DNA from: Sulfurimonas sp.
GTDB lineage: Bacteria > Campylobacterota > Campylobacteria > Campylobacterales > Sulfurimonadaceae
Assembly (NCBI GenBank): GCA_027071805.1
Contig: JALSYX010000038.1
Location: forward strand, 1 to 61,346
Length of the DNA: 61,346 nucleotides
Reading direction: 5' to 3'
Shown here: one piece after another, positions 1 through 11,417 of the stretch
Layout: every line of letters begins with the position of its first letter
How positions within the stretch are numbered: the first letter of the stretch is position 1
Notes under the pieces: generated by a model
The model's database searches: none
What the model saw: only the letters and a program-made list of their open reading frames with translations
Told to the model about the DNA's origin: nothing
Translations under genes and position numbers: made by a program

Positions 1-67
1 CACCGCCAATTCCTTTACCTGCTTTAATATCTTGAGCAAATTGCTCAACATCTACTTCTATCTTCAT
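1..67 (-). CDS. IS256-family transposase, N-terminal fragment (runs off window)
   Basis: ATG at 67 gives MKIEVDVEQFAQDIKAGKGIGG, which I recognise as an IS256 transposase N-terminus; not in the ORF track because it is open-ended. Confidence 0.7.
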   Translation of the reverse strand, partial: MKIEVDVEQFAQDIKAGKGIGG

Positions 68-126
68 GTGTCTTTCCTTGGGTATTTGTTATTTTACCCG
101 ATTGACACAGAATTTTGAACGGTCCC
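1..126 (-). mobile_element. Left end of an IS256-family insertion sequence (terminal inverted repeat ~102-126; rest outside window)
   Basis: Minus strand reads GGGACCGTTCAAAATTCTGTGTCAA, resembling IS256-family ends, followed by an SD (AAGGA) and a transposase-like N-terminus. Confidence 0.75.
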
Positions 127-137
127 AGTAAATCCTT

Positions 138-176
138 TTTACATAGCTCTCATCAGAGATGATGAGGCTATGTAAA
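138..176. repeat. 17-bp hairpin (one bulge) overlapping the nfo stop codon
   Basis: TTTACATAGC-T-CTCATCA-gaga-TGATGAG-GCTATGTAAA. Confidence 0.7.
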
Positions 177-1058
177 GCTATATAAAAGTTCTATCTCCTC
201 TTTCCATATAGTTTCATCAATTGTTTCTAAAATCAAGGGAATATCATCCATTCTTGCATCATTCATAATAAATCCAAATGCATCAAGTCCGATTTCTCCT
301 TTTCCAAGCGAATGGTGTCTATCGATGTGCGAGCCTAAAGGTGGTTTTGAGTCATTTATATGCATTCCCATCAAGTACTCAAAGCCGACTATTTTTTCAA
401 ACTCGTTCCAAGTGTTTTTATAAGTCTCTTCTGTTCTTATGTCGTAGCCTGCTGTAAACATATGACAAGTATCTATACAGACACCTATGCGAGATTTATC
501 CTCAACTTTATCAATAATATGTGCTAAATGCTCAAAACGCCACCCGAGGTTACTTCCCTGTCCTGCAGTGTTTTCCAAAACGGCACTCACTCCCTGCGTT
601 TTATCAAGAGCGATATTGATAGACTCTGCAATCGTATCTAAACAAACATCCTCTATGGGTGCCATCACTTCACGATTTTCTTTATCTTTTTTCGCTACTT
701 TTGCTAAATGACTTCCCGGATGGAAGTTGAGTCTATCAAGTCCTAACAGCTCACAACGTTGGAGCTCATCCACAAAAGCATTACGTGATTTTTCCAACTT
801 TTCCACTTCTGGATGCCCAAGATTGATGAGATAACTATCGTGTGGTAATATATGTTTTGGTAAAATTCCACTATTTTCTAACATACTTTTAAATGTGTCG
901 ATTGTCTTTGTATCTAACTCTTTTGCAACCCATTGGCGCTGATTTTTTGTAAAAAGGGCAAAGGCTTTGGCACCGATTGCTTCCGCATTTGCAACCGCAT
1001 TAAAAACACCCCCACTCGCACTTACATGTGCCCCTACAAATTTATTGCTTGTTTTCAT
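168..1058 (-). CDS. nfo: Endonuclease IV (AP endonuclease)
   Basis: [40 protein letters not shown] and ET motifs. Confidence 0.97.
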   Translation of the reverse strand: MKTSNKFVGAHVSASGGVFNAVANAEAIGAKAFALFTKNQRQWVAKELDTKTIDTFKSMLENSGILPKHILPHDSYLINLGHPEVEKLEKSRNAFVDELQRCELLGLDRLNFHPGSHLAKVAKKDKENREVMAPIEDVCLDTIAESINIALDKTQGVSAVLENTAGQGSNLGWRFEHLAHIIDKVEDKSRIGVCIDTCHMFTAGYDIRTEETYKNTWNEFEKIVGFEYLMGMHINDSKPPLGSHIDRHHSLGKGEIGLDAFGFIMNDARMDDIPLILETIDETIWKEEIELLYSFT

Positions 1059-1531
1059 AAACTGTTTGTATCCTTTATCTTTATAAGTATATGCTTTTTT
1101 CTATCTTTAAAGTATGTCTGCTTCGCTGTTACTTCATAGTAAATATCTACATCATCCGTCTGAATTTTTTGGGAAAACCCTTTATTTGTAAGCACCCTGT
1201 TTTTCCCCTCATAAATTGCTTTTGATAAAAGAATATTTTGCAAAATATCATCTGGATAAGCTCCATTGAGATACTCTTTGTTAAATGTACTTTTAGGCAA
1301 ACATGCACCATCTACACAAATAAAATGATCTATTGTGATTGTTTTTATAGCCTTGCCTGCAACAAAAAGTTCGAGGGCAATATCGTTTTGATTGTTACGA
1401 ATATAGGCTAAATCTGCAAATTTTATGAGGGGAGATTTCAGAATAAGCAGCTTTGCTTGCGTTTGTTGATAGCTTTTGGTGCTGCATGCACTCAGTAGAA
1501 GCATCAAAGCTATAACAAAATATTTCATCAC
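1055..1531 (-). CDS. Putative lipoprotein
   Basis: Hydrophobic signal with lipobox LSAC; overlaps nfo start. Confidence 0.8.
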   Translation of the reverse strand: MMKYFVIALMLLLSACSTKSYQQTQAKLLILKSPLIKFADLAYIRNNQNDIALELFVAGKAIKTITIDHFICVDGACLPKSTFNKEYLNGAYPDDILQNILLSKAIYEGKNRVLTNKGFSQKIQTDDVDIYYEVTAKQTYFKDRKKHILIKIKDTNSL

Positions 1532-1690
1532 TTATTTTTCTAAAAATTTCCCGCATTTTTTCTCAGGTGTTCCACCAAAACTGCCAACTTCTACTGCTGA
1601 ACCATCTTTTGCTATTACCTGTCTCTTACATATATCTTTTGCTATACAATTTGGATTTTTACATCCTATATTTGTCGGAAAGCCCGCCAT
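1532..1690 (-). CDS. Small 52-aa four-cysteine protein (not in ORF track)
   Basis: AAAGGA SD, ATG at 1690, MAGFPTNIGCKNPNCIAKDICKRQVIAKDGSAVEVGSFGGTPEKKCGKFLEK, TAA abutting the lipoprotein start. Confidence 0.8.
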   Translation of the reverse strand: MAGFPTNIGCKNPNCIAKDICKRQVIAKDGSAVEVGSFGGTPEKKCGKFLEK

Positions 1691-1761
1691 ATTTTTTCCT
1701 TTAGTATTTCTATTTTTGAAATTTTATCCAATTTTTTATAATCTCTCATAAAAGTACTGCA

Positions 1762-3456
1762 CTATGAAGAGCAACTTATATGAGAGACACCAGCGACATG
1801 AAACAATTCACTTGGTTTTTTTCTATAATACTTCTTTTGCATCGCTTCTGATTGCTCGGAGTATGGGTCATTCATAAGAGCTTGCAACTCTTTTACAAGT
1901 GTATAATCCCCCTGTTCTGCAGCTTTATATGCAGAGACTAAATGCCACTCTCGCAATGTATATTTTGGATTCACCTGCTTCATTTGAGCAGAGAGCTTTT
2001 CTCTTGCATTTGCATCATCTGCTGGATTAACATAAAGTCTCCATTTTTCCAACCACTCTACCCATAACAGAAGCAATTTTTCATTCAAAACAGCATCACC
2101 ATAAAAGCTCTTTTTGAGTTCACTGATAGTCTCTGGAATATTTGAGAGTTCTCTAAAAAAGATTGTATAATCTACCTTTGTTTGCATCATCAGTGCCATC
2201 AATTCATTAAAAATACCTGCATGAAACTGAGTAAACCCCAATTTTGATGCCCACATTTTTATCATTTTTGCTTGCATCACCCTTGGAAAGTTCTCTCTTA
2301 TTTTCTCTAACTCTCTTTGGGCATCTTTATTTGAATCTAACAAAGGTAAAAGTGCAGTGTAAAACATATGAAAATTTTTCTCAGCCGCTTGAGGTTGATT
2401 TAAAAATGAAAAATGCTGCCCGCCTCCAGTCCAGGGCTGGTAGTGTGGGTCAAAATCGTCTATAAAACCAAAGGGACCATAATCGAGTGTAAATCCTCCA
2501 ATGGCACAATTATCACTGTTGAAATTCCCCTGACAATAGCCCACACGAATCCACTCAGCAACAAGTGTAGTGATACGATTTTCAAAGGCTTGAGCCAAAA
2601 GAATAATTTTTTCTTCCAATGCCAAATCTGGAGCAATCTCTTCACTATATTCACGTTCAATAGCATATACAACAATTTGTTCCAACTCTTCTCGTGCTTG
2701 TGGATGCTCCTTTTTACGGGCACGACGAGCAAAAAGTTCCAATTGCCCTACTCGTAAAAAAGAAGGAGCTACCCGTGTTGTAATGGCTATATCTTCTTCT
2801 ATCATCACTTCCGGATCTTTAGAGTACGAGCCATTTCTAAACCATGGTCTGGCTACCTTCTGCGTTTGTGAAGTATAGAGTGTGAGCGAACGGGTTGTTG
2901 GTACACCTAAAGCATACATATGCTCTTGTGCTAAAAATTCACGAACACTTGAACGCAACACTGCCCTGCCATCTGCTCCACGGCAATAGGGAGTTTTTCC
3001 TGCACCTTTGAGTTGCATCTCCCATCGCTTATTATTGGCAAAGACTTCAAGAATAGAGAGTGCGCGTCCATCACCATAGGCATTGCCTGTGTGAAAAGGG
3101 CACTGCTGATAATATTCAGTCCCATAAATTGAGAGTGCATACCCTGTCGCCCATCCCAGCTTTTGATATGGTGTTGGCAAAGCACTTAAATCTGCTGAAA
3201 ACATTTTCATAAAATCATCCGATGTAGCCAAAGTATCTGCAAATCCCAACTCTTTAAAGAGTGTGTGACTATGTGCAATATAGATAGGATTTTCAAGCGG
3301 TGTTGGCTTTACTCTAACATAATGCCCACGAAACACTTCCCTTGGCATATAGTCCCTGCCATCTTCTCGTGCATCAGGATCACTTTGCAGTCTCTGCACA
3401 AGTGAGTAATCAATAATTTTTGCTAAATCATCTAAATTTTTTATATTTGCCTCCAA
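1762..3456 (-). CDS. selO: SelO/YdiU family protein adenylyltransferase
   Basis: [50 protein letters not shown] motifs and C-terminal CSS; TTG start at 3456 after AAGGAG. Confidence 0.93.
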   Translation of the reverse strand: MEANIKNLDDLAKIIDYSLVQRLQSDPDAREDGRDYMPREVFRGHYVRVKPTPLENPIYIAHSHTLFKELGFADTLATSDDFMKMFSADLSALPTPYQKLGWATGYALSIYGTEYYQQCPFHTGNAYGDGRALSILEVFANNKRWEMQLKGAGKTPYCRGADGRAVLRSSVREFLAQEHMYALGVPTTRSLTLYTSQTQKVARPWFRNGSYSKDPEVMIEEDIAITTRVAPSFLRVGQLELFARRARKKEHPQAREELEQIVVYAIEREYSEEIAPDLALEEKIILLAQAFENRITTLVAEWIRVGYCQGNFNSDNCAIGGFTLDYGPFGFIDDFDPHYQPWTGGGQHFSFLNQPQAAEKNFHMFYTALLPLLDSNKDAQRELEKIRENFPRVMQAKMIKMWASKLGFTQFHAGIFNELMALMMQTKVDYTIFFRELSNIPETISELKKSFYGDAVLNEKLLLLWVEWLEKWRLYVNPADDANAREKLSAQMKQVNPKYTLREWHLVSAYKAAEQGDYTLVKELQALMNDPYSEQSEAMQKKYYRKKPSELFHVAGVSHISCSS

Positions 3457-3517
3457 ATGAGACTCCTTATATCTATTTTTTTGTATAATTGGCACCTCTA
3501 AAATACGGAAAAGAAAT

Positions 3518-3862
3518 ATGAACCCACAAGAAAAACAACTGCTTAAACAAATCATGAAAGAGAGTATAGCAACACTTACACAAGAAGTTGCCACGCTTCA
3601 AAAAGGTCTCAAGCCAATCAAAAAAGATTGTTCCCTCGATAGCATCGATCATAAAATGCTCAAACAAGCACAAGATATTAACATCCAAAGGTATGAAGTT
3701 GCCAAAAAACGGCTCAACAGACTCCAAGTGACTTATACCCATATAGACACCAAAACATATGGTATCTGTCAAGAGTGCGAGGAAGCAATTCCATTTGAAC
3801 GTTTAAAACTTATGCCCGAGTCCAAGTACTGTGTAGCATGTATGAATGAACTTGGATTATAA
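3518..3862 (+). CDS. TraR/DksA C4 zinc-finger protein
   Basis: Coiled coil followed by [28 protein letters not shown]. Confidence 0.9.
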   Translation: MNPQEKQLLKQIMKESIATLTQEVATLQKGLKPIKKDCSLDSIDHKMLKQAQDINIQRYEVAKKRLNRLQVTYTHIDTKTYGICQECEEAIPFERLKLMPESKYCVACMNELGL

Positions 3863-5677
3863 AGAGGCTCTCACCTTTTGTGCCAACTGTGCTGGTAGAA
3901 GTTCTAAAGACTCCTCAACAAGTTTTGTATTACCATGAGTGATAAACGCATCTTCGTACTCAAAACTCTGCACACAAACATCTAAAATATGTTCTTGTGC
4001 TAAAAATTCTAAAAGAGCAGAACCAACCCCACCCATTTTAGCACTATCAGAAAAAACAAACCATTTTTTATGTTTTTGTGCCATTTGACGAAGCATCGAA
4101 ATATCAAGCGGTTTCACAAAACGCAAATCGAGAATACTCACAGCTTCTTCAAGTAATTGTGCTGTCTCATAAGCTCGTCCAACCCCATTACCATAGCCTA
4201 TAAAGAGTATATCTGAATCATTAGAGACAAGTAACTGTGATTTTCCCAACTCAAAAGGGAGAGATTCTGGCAAATCAGTTGCAACAAAAGAGCCTCTTGG
4301 GTAACGCAAAGAACAAGGAGACTGATATGCAGCAGCAAAGGCCATCGCTTGATGAAAACTTTTTTCATCCCGTGGTGCAAAAAGTGTCATATTTGGAATA
4401 GCTCGTAAAAAACTAATATCAAAAACACCTTGATGTGTTTCACCATCTTCTCCCACAATCCCAGCACGGTCAAGTGCAAAAACAACGGGTAAATCCATCA
4501 AACAGGTATCGTGAATTACCTGATCGTACCCACGCTGTAAAAAGGTAGAATAAATTGTACAAAAAGGTTTAAAACCCTCTTTTGCCATAGCTGCCATAGA
4601 AGTGACAGCATGTTGCTCAGCAATGGCAACATCCCAAAAACGATTTGGATACTCCTCTATGAGTTTTGAGAGTCCTGTTCCACTTGGCATTGCAGCAGTA
4701 GCACCCACAATTTTTTCATTCTCTTTTGCAAGATGCAGCAAAGCATCTGTATAAATTTGTGTCGCACTTTTTGCAGATGATTTTTTTGCACTACTGCCGT
4801 TATCTAAATCAAAAGGTCCCACACCATGCCATTTTTCTTCCTGTCCCTCTGCTAGTTCATAGCCCTTGCCTTTGAGTGTTTGGGTATGAATAATTACCGG
4901 TCTTTGCATGGTTTTTGCTGTTTGAAAAATATCAACAAGTTGTGCCATATTATGCCCATCTACAGGACCGATATAATCAATTCCCATCTCTTCAAAAAGG
5001 AGTCCCGGAGTGATTAAACGCAGAGATTCTTCCATGCGTTTTGCGATATATTTTGCACCATCTCCAAAGTTTTCAACAAAACTCTCTGTTGTTTTTTTAA
5101 AACGTTGGTAAAAGGGTGAAGCCATGGCAGAACTGAGCATACGACTCACAGCCCCAATAGGTTTTGCTATACTCATCTCGTTATCATTTAAAATGATAAT
5201 CATTGGGTATTTTCTATCGCCTAATTCATTTAAAGCCTCATACACCATTCCTGCTGTCATTGACCCATCACCAATCATCACCACAGGAATACGAGATTTT
5301 TCTTCCCCTTTTAAGGCAATAGCCTTCGCTGCACCTACACCTAAAGAAATAGAAGTAGAACTATGCCCCGCAACAAAAAAATCATCTTCACTTTCACTTG
5401 GTTTTGTGTATCCGCACACACCATTAAACTGCCGCAAGGTATCAAAAGCTTCCCATCTTCCTGTAAGTAATTTATGTGCATAGGCTTGGTGCGACACATC
5501 AAAGATAAAAGGGTCTTTTTTACTGTCAAACACTTTATGCATTGCAACGATTAAATCCGTTGCCCCCAAGGTAGAACTCAAATGTCCCCCATTTTTACTC
5601 ACAACTCTTAAAATTTCAGCTCGTATATCTGCACTGACTGCTTCTAATTCTGCAATCGATTTTTCTTTTATATTCAT
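3857..5677 (-). CDS. dxs: 1-deoxy-D-xylulose-5-phosphate synthase
   Basis: GGHLSSTLG, DVSHQAYAHK, GHSSTS, GDGSMTAG, IAEQHAV, DRAGIVGEDGETHQG. Confidence 0.98.
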   Translation of the reverse strand: MNIKEKSIAELEAVSADIRAEILRVVSKNGGHLSSTLGATDLIVAMHKVFDSKKDPFIFDVSHQAYAHKLLTGRWEAFDTLRQFNGVCGYTKPSESEDDFFVAGHSSTSISLGVGAAKAIALKGEEKSRIPVVMIGDGSMTAGMVYEALNELGDRKYPMIIILNDNEMSIAKPIGAVSRMLSSAMASPFYQRFKKTTESFVENFGDGAKYIAKRMEESLRLITPGLLFEEMGIDYIGPVDGHNMAQLVDIFQTAKTMQRPVIIHTQTLKGKGYELAEGQEEKWHGVGPFDLDNGSSAKKSSAKSATQIYTDALLHLAKENEKIVGATAAMPSGTGLSKLIEEYPNRFWDVAIAEQHAVTSMAAMAKEGFKPFCTIYSTFLQRGYDQVIHDTCLMDLPVVFALDRAGIVGEDGETHQGVFDISFLRAIPNMTLFAPRDEKSFHQAMAFAAAYQSPCSLRYPRGSFVATDLPESLPFELGKSQLLVSNDSDILFIGYGNGVGRAYETAQLLEEAVSILDLRFVKPLDISMLRQMAQKHKKWFVFSDSAKMGGVGSALLEFLAQEHILDVCVQSFEYEDAFITHGNTKLVEESLELLPAQLAQKVRASL

Positions 5678-5685
5678 ACTACTTT

Positions 5686-6477
5686 CTACTCACTTAATGC
5701 TACTTTTTTTACTTTTTCAAATCGCTTACGTATTTCAGAATCAATATTGCCTGCATCACTCATAGCAATAACACCGCCTTGGCTTACAGCACTGTCTGAA
5801 ACAACTTCTACATGCTTCAATGTGCCAACTTCTTCAGATACTACACCATGATCTCTTGGATTAACTTTTAATATTACTTTAGATGCACTTTGTAATTCTT
5901 TTATAAGTTCTAATGATAACACTTTGGCTATATTTGCAGAGTTTTCACTCACTTCAACATGCACAACTTCTTGGGCAATATCAAGTGCTGCAGCTATGAG
6001 ATTTTCTTTTATTTTTTCTAAACCATTCTCAAACGCTTGTGCACTCGCATCCAGTTTTTTTACAGATGTAGCAAACAAGGACAAGGCTTCTGATTGATGT
6101 AATTGTGCTTCTTCTACTGCTTTGGCTTTTCCTGCCTCTATTCCCTCTGCAAAAGCTTCCTCTTTTGCTTTTTTTAATTCCTGTTCAAACTCTTCTTCTT
6201 TGGATTCAAGTTTCATTTGCAATTTGATAAAATTTGAGGACATCTCATCTGTTTTTTTCATTAAAGACTCAATCAAAGACTCTTTAGAGGAGTTGCTTAG
6301 GGCACTTGAATCAACACTATCACTTTTTCGTGCACTTGGATGATGCTCTTGTGAAAAAGTTTCTTCTGTTTTTGAGGTTTTCTCTTCTACTTCATTCTGA
6401 GTAGAGGCAAGCACTTTAAAGTTATATTTCTGAATATTATGATTGTCAATGATTTCATTTTGAATTATTTTTGCCAT
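5686..6477 (-). CDS. fliH: Flagellar assembly protein FliH
   Basis: AxxxG-type repeats (AFAEGIEAG), VNPRD; follows fliF-fliG. Confidence 0.9.
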   Translation of the reverse strand: MAKIIQNEIIDNHNIQKYNFKVLASTQNEVEEKTSKTEETFSQEHHPSARKSDSVDSSALSNSSKESLIESLMKKTDEMSSNFIKLQMKLESKEEEFEQELKKAKEEAFAEGIEAGKAKAVEEAQLHQSEALSLFATSVKKLDASAQAFENGLEKIKENLIAAALDIAQEVVHVEVSENSANIAKVLSLELIKELQSASKVILKVNPRDHGVVSEEVGTLKHVEVVSDSAVSQGGVIAMSDAGNIDSEIRKRFEKVKKVALSE

Positions 6478-6478
6478 T

Positions 6479-7507
6479 TTATTCTATCATCTCTTCTGTT
6501 GATCCCATTTGAATAGTTCCCGCTTCTGCAAGGGCATTTACCACTTCAACAATCTTTCTTTGTGCTGCTTCCACATCTTTCATTTTTACAGCACCCAAAA
6601 ACTGCATCTCCTCTTCAAACGCATCACGTGCACGCTCACTCATTGCCGAGAAGAATTTCTCTTTAAGCTCTTCAGGAGAAGATTTCAGTGCGAGCATCAA
6701 GTCTGGTTTTTCAACCGCTTTGAGTGTCTCAGTAATTGCTGTTTTATCAAGAGAAACAATATCTTCAAAGGTAAACATCATCTCTTTAATTTGTGTTGCC
6801 AAATCTTCATCCACTTGTTCAATCGTTGCCAAAGTTGCTTTGGAACTTTTCGCACCAAGACGGTTAAAGATATCTGCTACTGCACGTGTACCACCTACTT
6901 CTACTTTATACGAAGCGAGTGATTCAAGTTTTGACTCAAGTACAGCAGAAACACGCTTAATGACTGAAGGAGAAATGTCTCCAAGTTTTGCCATTCTCAT
7001 TGCTATCTCACTTCGCAGTTCATCAGGGAAGTAGCTGATAGTATCCGCTGCTTCTGTGGCTTCCATATGGGCTAAAATAAGGGCTATTGTTTGTGGATGT
7101 TCATGTGCAATAAAATCTGCAAGTTGTTGTGGTTTGATTTTTGAGAGATATGCAAAGTTTTGTGTATTTTGCATACTTCTTGAGAGTTTATCAAGTACTT
7201 TTTTTGCCTCTTCTGGCCCAAGAGTACGGTATAAAAGTTCGCGGGCATACTCTAAACCACCCGAGGTCATATACTGTCCTGATTGAAAAATTGCATGAAA
7301 CTCTTCAAGAACTGCTGTTGCCACTGCCCTGTCTATAGTTGAGTTTGTCGCAATATATTTTGATATTTCTGTAATAGAGTCTATGTCCATATTGGAGAAA
7401 ATTGTCGCTGTCTCTTCTTCGCCAATCTGTAAAAGTAGAATAGCAATCTTTTCCGCCATATTCATTTCATCAAAGAGTGCTTGTTGTTGTGGGTTCAATG
7501 TTGCCAT
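6479..7507 (-). CDS. fliG: Flagellar motor switch protein FliG
   Basis: GGLEYARELL, EHPQTIALILAH, GGTRAVA, MFTFED. Confidence 0.97.
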   Translation of the reverse strand: MATLNPQQQALFDEMNMAEKIAILLLQIGEEETATIFSNMDIDSITEISKYIATNSTIDRAVATAVLEEFHAIFQSGQYMTSGGLEYARELLYRTLGPEEAKKVLDKLSRSMQNTQNFAYLSKIKPQQLADFIAHEHPQTIALILAHMEATEAADTISYFPDELRSEIAMRMAKLGDISPSVIKRVSAVLESKLESLASYKVEVGGTRAVADIFNRLGAKSSKATLATIEQVDEDLATQIKEMMFTFEDIVSLDKTAITETLKAVEKPDLMLALKSSPEELKEKFFSAMSERARDAFEEEMQFLGAVKMKDVEAAQRKIVEVVNALAEAGTIQMGSTEEMIE

Positions 7508-7510
7508 GTG

Positions 7511-9229
7511 CTACATTCTCTCCTGTTTAGAATTTGCTGGTGCGCCTGCTTCTTCCATTAACAGTGCCTGTAAAAGTGCTGCAATCTCTTCTGGAGTATC
7601 ACTAGCCATTGTTTTAACTTTTTCTAAGATGACTTCATATTTGAGTTCATCTTCATTAAAGTTTTGCCCGACACCAAGTTGTTCTTCTACTTTTTTACGC
7701 ATTGCCTGTACTTTTTCTACAAGTCCATCATCTTCTTCCTCTTCTACATCCAGACTTGGACGTTCAAGTTCCTCTTCTTCTTGAGAAACTTCAAGCATTT
7801 TCTCTGAAAATGGCACAATCACTTTTTTATACAGAACAAATAGTAAGAGAAGCACAAACAGATACTTAAAGAGTCCAGAAAAAGGAGCTAAGTAAGTTTC
7901 ACTAAATTGCATCGCCTGAGAAACACCATCAAGACTCGGCAGTTTCGAGTTGCGTTGAAACTGTAAATTTTGCACACTAATAGCATCACCGCGCGCTGTA
8001 TCAATACCAATCGAACGACTCACCAAAGATTTTAAGGCTGTAATTTCAGCAGGATCAAGTGGTGTATATTCTAATTCACCCGTTTCCTCTTTTTTATCAT
8101 TGAGTTTTGGTTTATATTTACCATCAACAACAACAGCAGCACTAATGCGTTTAATCCTCGCAAATTGTGATTTTGTCGTGCTGACAGTCTTACCTATTTC
8201 ATAGTTTGTTGTTCCCGTATTTTTAGAATACTTCTCTTTTGTTTGTGTTGATTTGAGTCCTTGAACGGGGCCAATATTGCTCACAGTTCCGGGAACTCCG
8301 CCAACTTGTTCAGGTGCACCACCCTCACGTTTCTCTTCACTCACTTGTTCACTTCGCACAACACTTTCAGGATCATAAGTCTCAGAAGTAGAGTTTTTTA
8401 CAGAAAAATCATACTCTATAGTAACCTGAGCAACCACTTTTTTTTCACCCCCAACAAAAGGAGCAACCACTTCAATAATTTTCTTTTGTCGTTTTTTCTC
8501 TTCTTTTGTTTTATATTTTTGCTGTGCTAAAGACAAATCACTCATTTGTATCATTTCATCTTCATCGCCAAGTGTCTCACCATCACTATCGATGAGCATA
8601 ACATCATTGGCTTTCAGGTTTGGTACTGCGGCTGCAACAAGATTTTTAATCCCTCGAATTTGCTTACTTGAGAGATGTCGCTCATCTGCAAGGACTATCA
8701 TAACCGAAGCAGTAGGCTTTGCTTTTTGTGAAACAAAGAGTGTCTCTTTTGGTAGGGCTAAACTAACCGATGCACTTTTAATCGGTCTCAAAGAGACAAT
8801 GGTGCGAGAGAGTTCTCCCTCTAATGCGCGCAGATGTTTGATTTTTTGATCAAAACTTGTTGCTCCAAACTCCTGTTTGTCAAAAAGTTCAAAACCGACC
8901 CCACTGTTTTTAGGAATTCCTAACGCAGCAATGGCAATTCGCTGTTTATAGACAACACTTTTTGGGACTTTAATAATATTGTTGTCTTCAAGTTTATATT
9001 GTATATTCTCTTTTTCAAGCTTGGCAATCACTTTGGCTGCATCTTCTGAACTCAAAGAGTTAAAGAGTGTTTCATAATTATCGCTTGCTTGCTTTTGGGC
9101 ACTATAGACAACGAGAAAAATCAAAAATGCAACAATCCCTAAAACAGCAAAGGCGATAATCATCTTTTGCTGTTTTGTAAGCTTGTCATATAAAACGACT
9201 AATTGAGAAAAAAGTGCCTTAAAATCCAT
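7511..9229 (-). CDS. fliF: Flagellar MS-ring protein FliF
   Basis: Two TM helices, GFELFD, RALEGELSRTI, PTASV. Confidence 0.97.
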   Translation of the reverse strand: MDFKALFSQLVVLYDKLTKQQKMIIAFAVLGIVAFLIFLVVYSAQKQASDNYETLFNSLSSEDAAKVIAKLEKENIQYKLEDNNIIKVPKSVVYKQRIAIAALGIPKNSGVGFELFDKQEFGATSFDQKIKHLRALEGELSRTIVSLRPIKSASVSLALPKETLFVSQKAKPTASVMIVLADERHLSSKQIRGIKNLVAAAVPNLKANDVMLIDSDGETLGDEDEMIQMSDLSLAQQKYKTKEEKKRQKKIIEVVAPFVGGEKKVVAQVTIEYDFSVKNSTSETYDPESVVRSEQVSEEKREGGAPEQVGGVPGTVSNIGPVQGLKSTQTKEKYSKNTGTTNYEIGKTVSTTKSQFARIKRISAAVVVDGKYKPKLNDKKEETGELEYTPLDPAEITALKSLVSRSIGIDTARGDAISVQNLQFQRNSKLPSLDGVSQAMQFSETYLAPFSGLFKYLFVLLLLFVLYKKVIVPFSEKMLEVSQEEEELERPSLDVEEEEDDGLVEKVQAMRKKVEEQLGVGQNFNEDELKYEVILEKVKTMASDTPEEIAALLQALLMEEAGAPANSKQERM

Positions 9230-9243
9230 TCAATGTCCGTGTG

Positions 9244-10338
9244 TTAGAGTAATTCATTCATAAGTTCAAAAAAACGGCTATTCTGCTCTTTTGTTCCAAC
9301 TGTTACACGGATTGCATTCATTCCATAGCCTTTGAGGTCTCTCACAATCATTCCTTTTTTCAAAAGTGCATTAGAGATTTCTTGAGAATTTTGACTTACA
9401 TTGAGCACTAATGTTACAAAATTTGTATAACTGTTAATTATATCAAGTTTTTTCTCATTTGCAAACTCTTCGTAGCGTTTCATCTCATCAAAACACGAAG
9501 CGATACATTTCTCAACAAAAGCTTCATCTTCCAAGGCAACTGAGGCAGCCTCTAAAGAGAGTGTCGTGATGTTAAAAGGCGGTCTGAGTTTATACAACTC
9601 TTGAATAATAGTTGCATTTGCAACCCCATATCCAACTCGCATACCCCCAAGTCCATAAGCTTTAGAAAATGTCCCTAAGTAGATAACATTTTCAAATTGT
9701 TCTACCAGTTTTGCAGGAGCAATTTTTTTTGCCACATCTTTAAAACCTGCATACTCCATATAAGCCCCATCTATAACCACCAAAGTATCTTTATCTATTT
9801 TGTGTAAAAAGTCAAAAAGTGCAAGGGTGTCAATAGCATCGCCTGTTGGATTATTAGGGGTACATAAAAATATAATCTCTGGATTTTCTTTTTTATAGAG
9901 TGCATAAAACTCCTCTAAATCATGCTCTTGTGAAACGGTACGAATCACCTCTGCACCAACATGTTTTGCATAGATCTCATACATAGCAAAAGTAACAGAG
10001 TTGATGAGAATTTTTGATGCCTTATTTGCTTTTGCATGCATAATAAACTCTATGACTTGGTCACTCCCACTCCCTATAATCAAGTTTTCTGTTTGCACAG
10101 CAAATTTTTGGCTCAATCCATCTAGTAGTTTTGTCATACTATCATCTGGATAGAGTGCCATATTGGCTACTATGTTCCCTACCGCTTCTTGCACTTTTGG
10201 TGAACATCCATACGGATTTTCATTAGAGGCGAGTTTGACTATCTCCTCTGGTTTGATGCCAAATTCTCGGACAACAAGCTCTATAGGCTTGCCTGCTTCA
10301 TATGTTTGTATATCTTTTAAAGTTGCATTAAAATTCAA
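9244..10338 (-). CDS. hisC: Histidinol-phosphate aminotransferase
   Basis: [36 protein letters not shown]. Confidence 0.95.
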   Translation of the reverse strand: MNFNATLKDIQTYEAGKPIELVVREFGIKPEEIVKLASNENPYGCSPKVQEAVGNIVANMALYPDDSMTKLLDGLSQKFAVQTENLIIGSGSDQVIEFIMHAKANKASKILINSVTFAMYEIYAKHVGAEVIRTVSQEHDLEEFYALYKKENPEIIFLCTPNNPTGDAIDTLALFDFLHKIDKDTLVVIDGAYMEYAGFKDVAKKIAPAKLVEQFENVIYLGTFSKAYGLGGMRVGYGVANATIIQELYKLRPPFNITTLSLEAASVALEDEAFVEKCIASCFDEMKRYEEFANEKKLDIINSYTNFVTLVLNVSQNSQEISNALLKKGMIVRDLKGYGMNAIRVTVGTKEQNSRFFELMNELL

Positions 10339-11417
10339 TTCTCACCCTTTACATAACTTCCAAGCCATGTCACTTCGCCTGTGTGTTTTGCAAGTACTTT
10401 TTGTACATTTGCATCGTCAATATGCCCATAAAAATCTATATAAAACCAGTATGCAAAACTCCCTTTATCTTTAGAAGGACGCGACTCAATTTTAGAGAGG
10501 TTGATTTTTTCTTTATCAAAGTCTTGTAAAAAATGTACTAAAGAGCCAGGTTCTTGTGCATCTTTGAGTTTTACCAAAATAGAAGTTTTATCTTCTTTGC
10601 TGACACCATTTTTAAAATCACTCAAAATAATAAAGCGTGTCGAACTGTCATGCTCATCTTCAATATTTTCAAACATTGTCGGCACACCATAGAGTTTTGC
10701 CGCAATATGCGAACAAATAGCCGCAGCACTTGCATCTTCTGCAGCAAGAATTGCCGCTTTTGCAGTTGATTCAACAGGAATTTGTTCAACATTTTGAAAA
10801 CCATGTTCACTTAAAAAAGCACGACACTGTCCAAAACCTTTGTCTTTGGAGTAAATTTTCGTAATAGCATCCAAACTTGTTGCCTTTGTCGCAAAAGAGG
10901 CATGAATCGGCATATAGAGTTCAGAGACTATTTTCACAGAACTTTTTGCTAGTAAATCGAGTGTTTCTCCGACAATTCCATCTTTAGAATTCTCTATAGG
11001 CACAACTCCAAATTTTGCACGCCCTGCTTCCAAGGCTTGAAAAACAGAGTGAATAGAGTTTAAAGATAAATAATCACTCATCCCCCCAAAACGGCTCTCA
11101 GCTGCTTGGTGTGTAAAGGTACCCTCTGGTCCAAGATATGCGATACGCTCTGGCAACTCAAGGTTACGTGCAACTGCAAAAATCTCTAAAAAGATAGCCT
11201 CAATCGCCCCTCGGTTGAGTTTGCCTTTTTGGGCTTCACTCAACTGCGTTAAACGCGTAATAATCTCTTTTTCACGTTCAGGTCTATAAATAGCTGTTGC
11301 ACTCTCATGTTTAATCTCTCCAACACGTTCAACTACCTGCATACGTCTGTTTAAAAGCTGTAATATCTCTTCATCTATACCATCAATCGAATCTCTACAC
11401 TCTTGTAATGTTTTCAT
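10335..11417 (-). CDS. pheA: Chorismate mutase/prephenate dehydratase (P-protein)
   Basis: N-terminal AroQ domain, [22 protein letters not shown]. Confidence 0.96.
   Translation of the reverse strand: MKTLQECRDSIDGIDEEILQLLNRRMQVVERVGEIKHESATAIYRPEREKEIITRLTQLSEAQKGKLNRGAIEAIFLEIFAVARNLELPERIAYLGPEGTFTHQAAESRFGGMSDYLSLNSIHSVFQALEAGRAKFGVVPIENSKDGIVGETLDLLAKSSVKIVSELYMPIHASFATKATSLDAITKIYSKDKGFGQCRAFLSEHGFQNVEQIPVESTAKAAILAAEDASAAAICSHIAAKLYGVPTMFENIEDEHDSSTRFIILSDFKNGVSKEDKTSILVKLKDAQEPGSLVHFLQDFDKEKINLSKIESRPSKDKGSFAYWFYIDFYGHIDDANVQKVLAKHTGEVTWLGSYVKGEN

Noticed and set aside
1762-1780. Possible selenocysteine at the SelO C-terminus
   Set aside because: Codons read TGC TCT TCA TAG (CSS-stop); there is no in-frame TGA
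3457-3594. N-terminal extension of SelO in the ORF track
   Set aside because: Overlaps the divergent DksA-like gene; a good SD precedes the TTG at 3456
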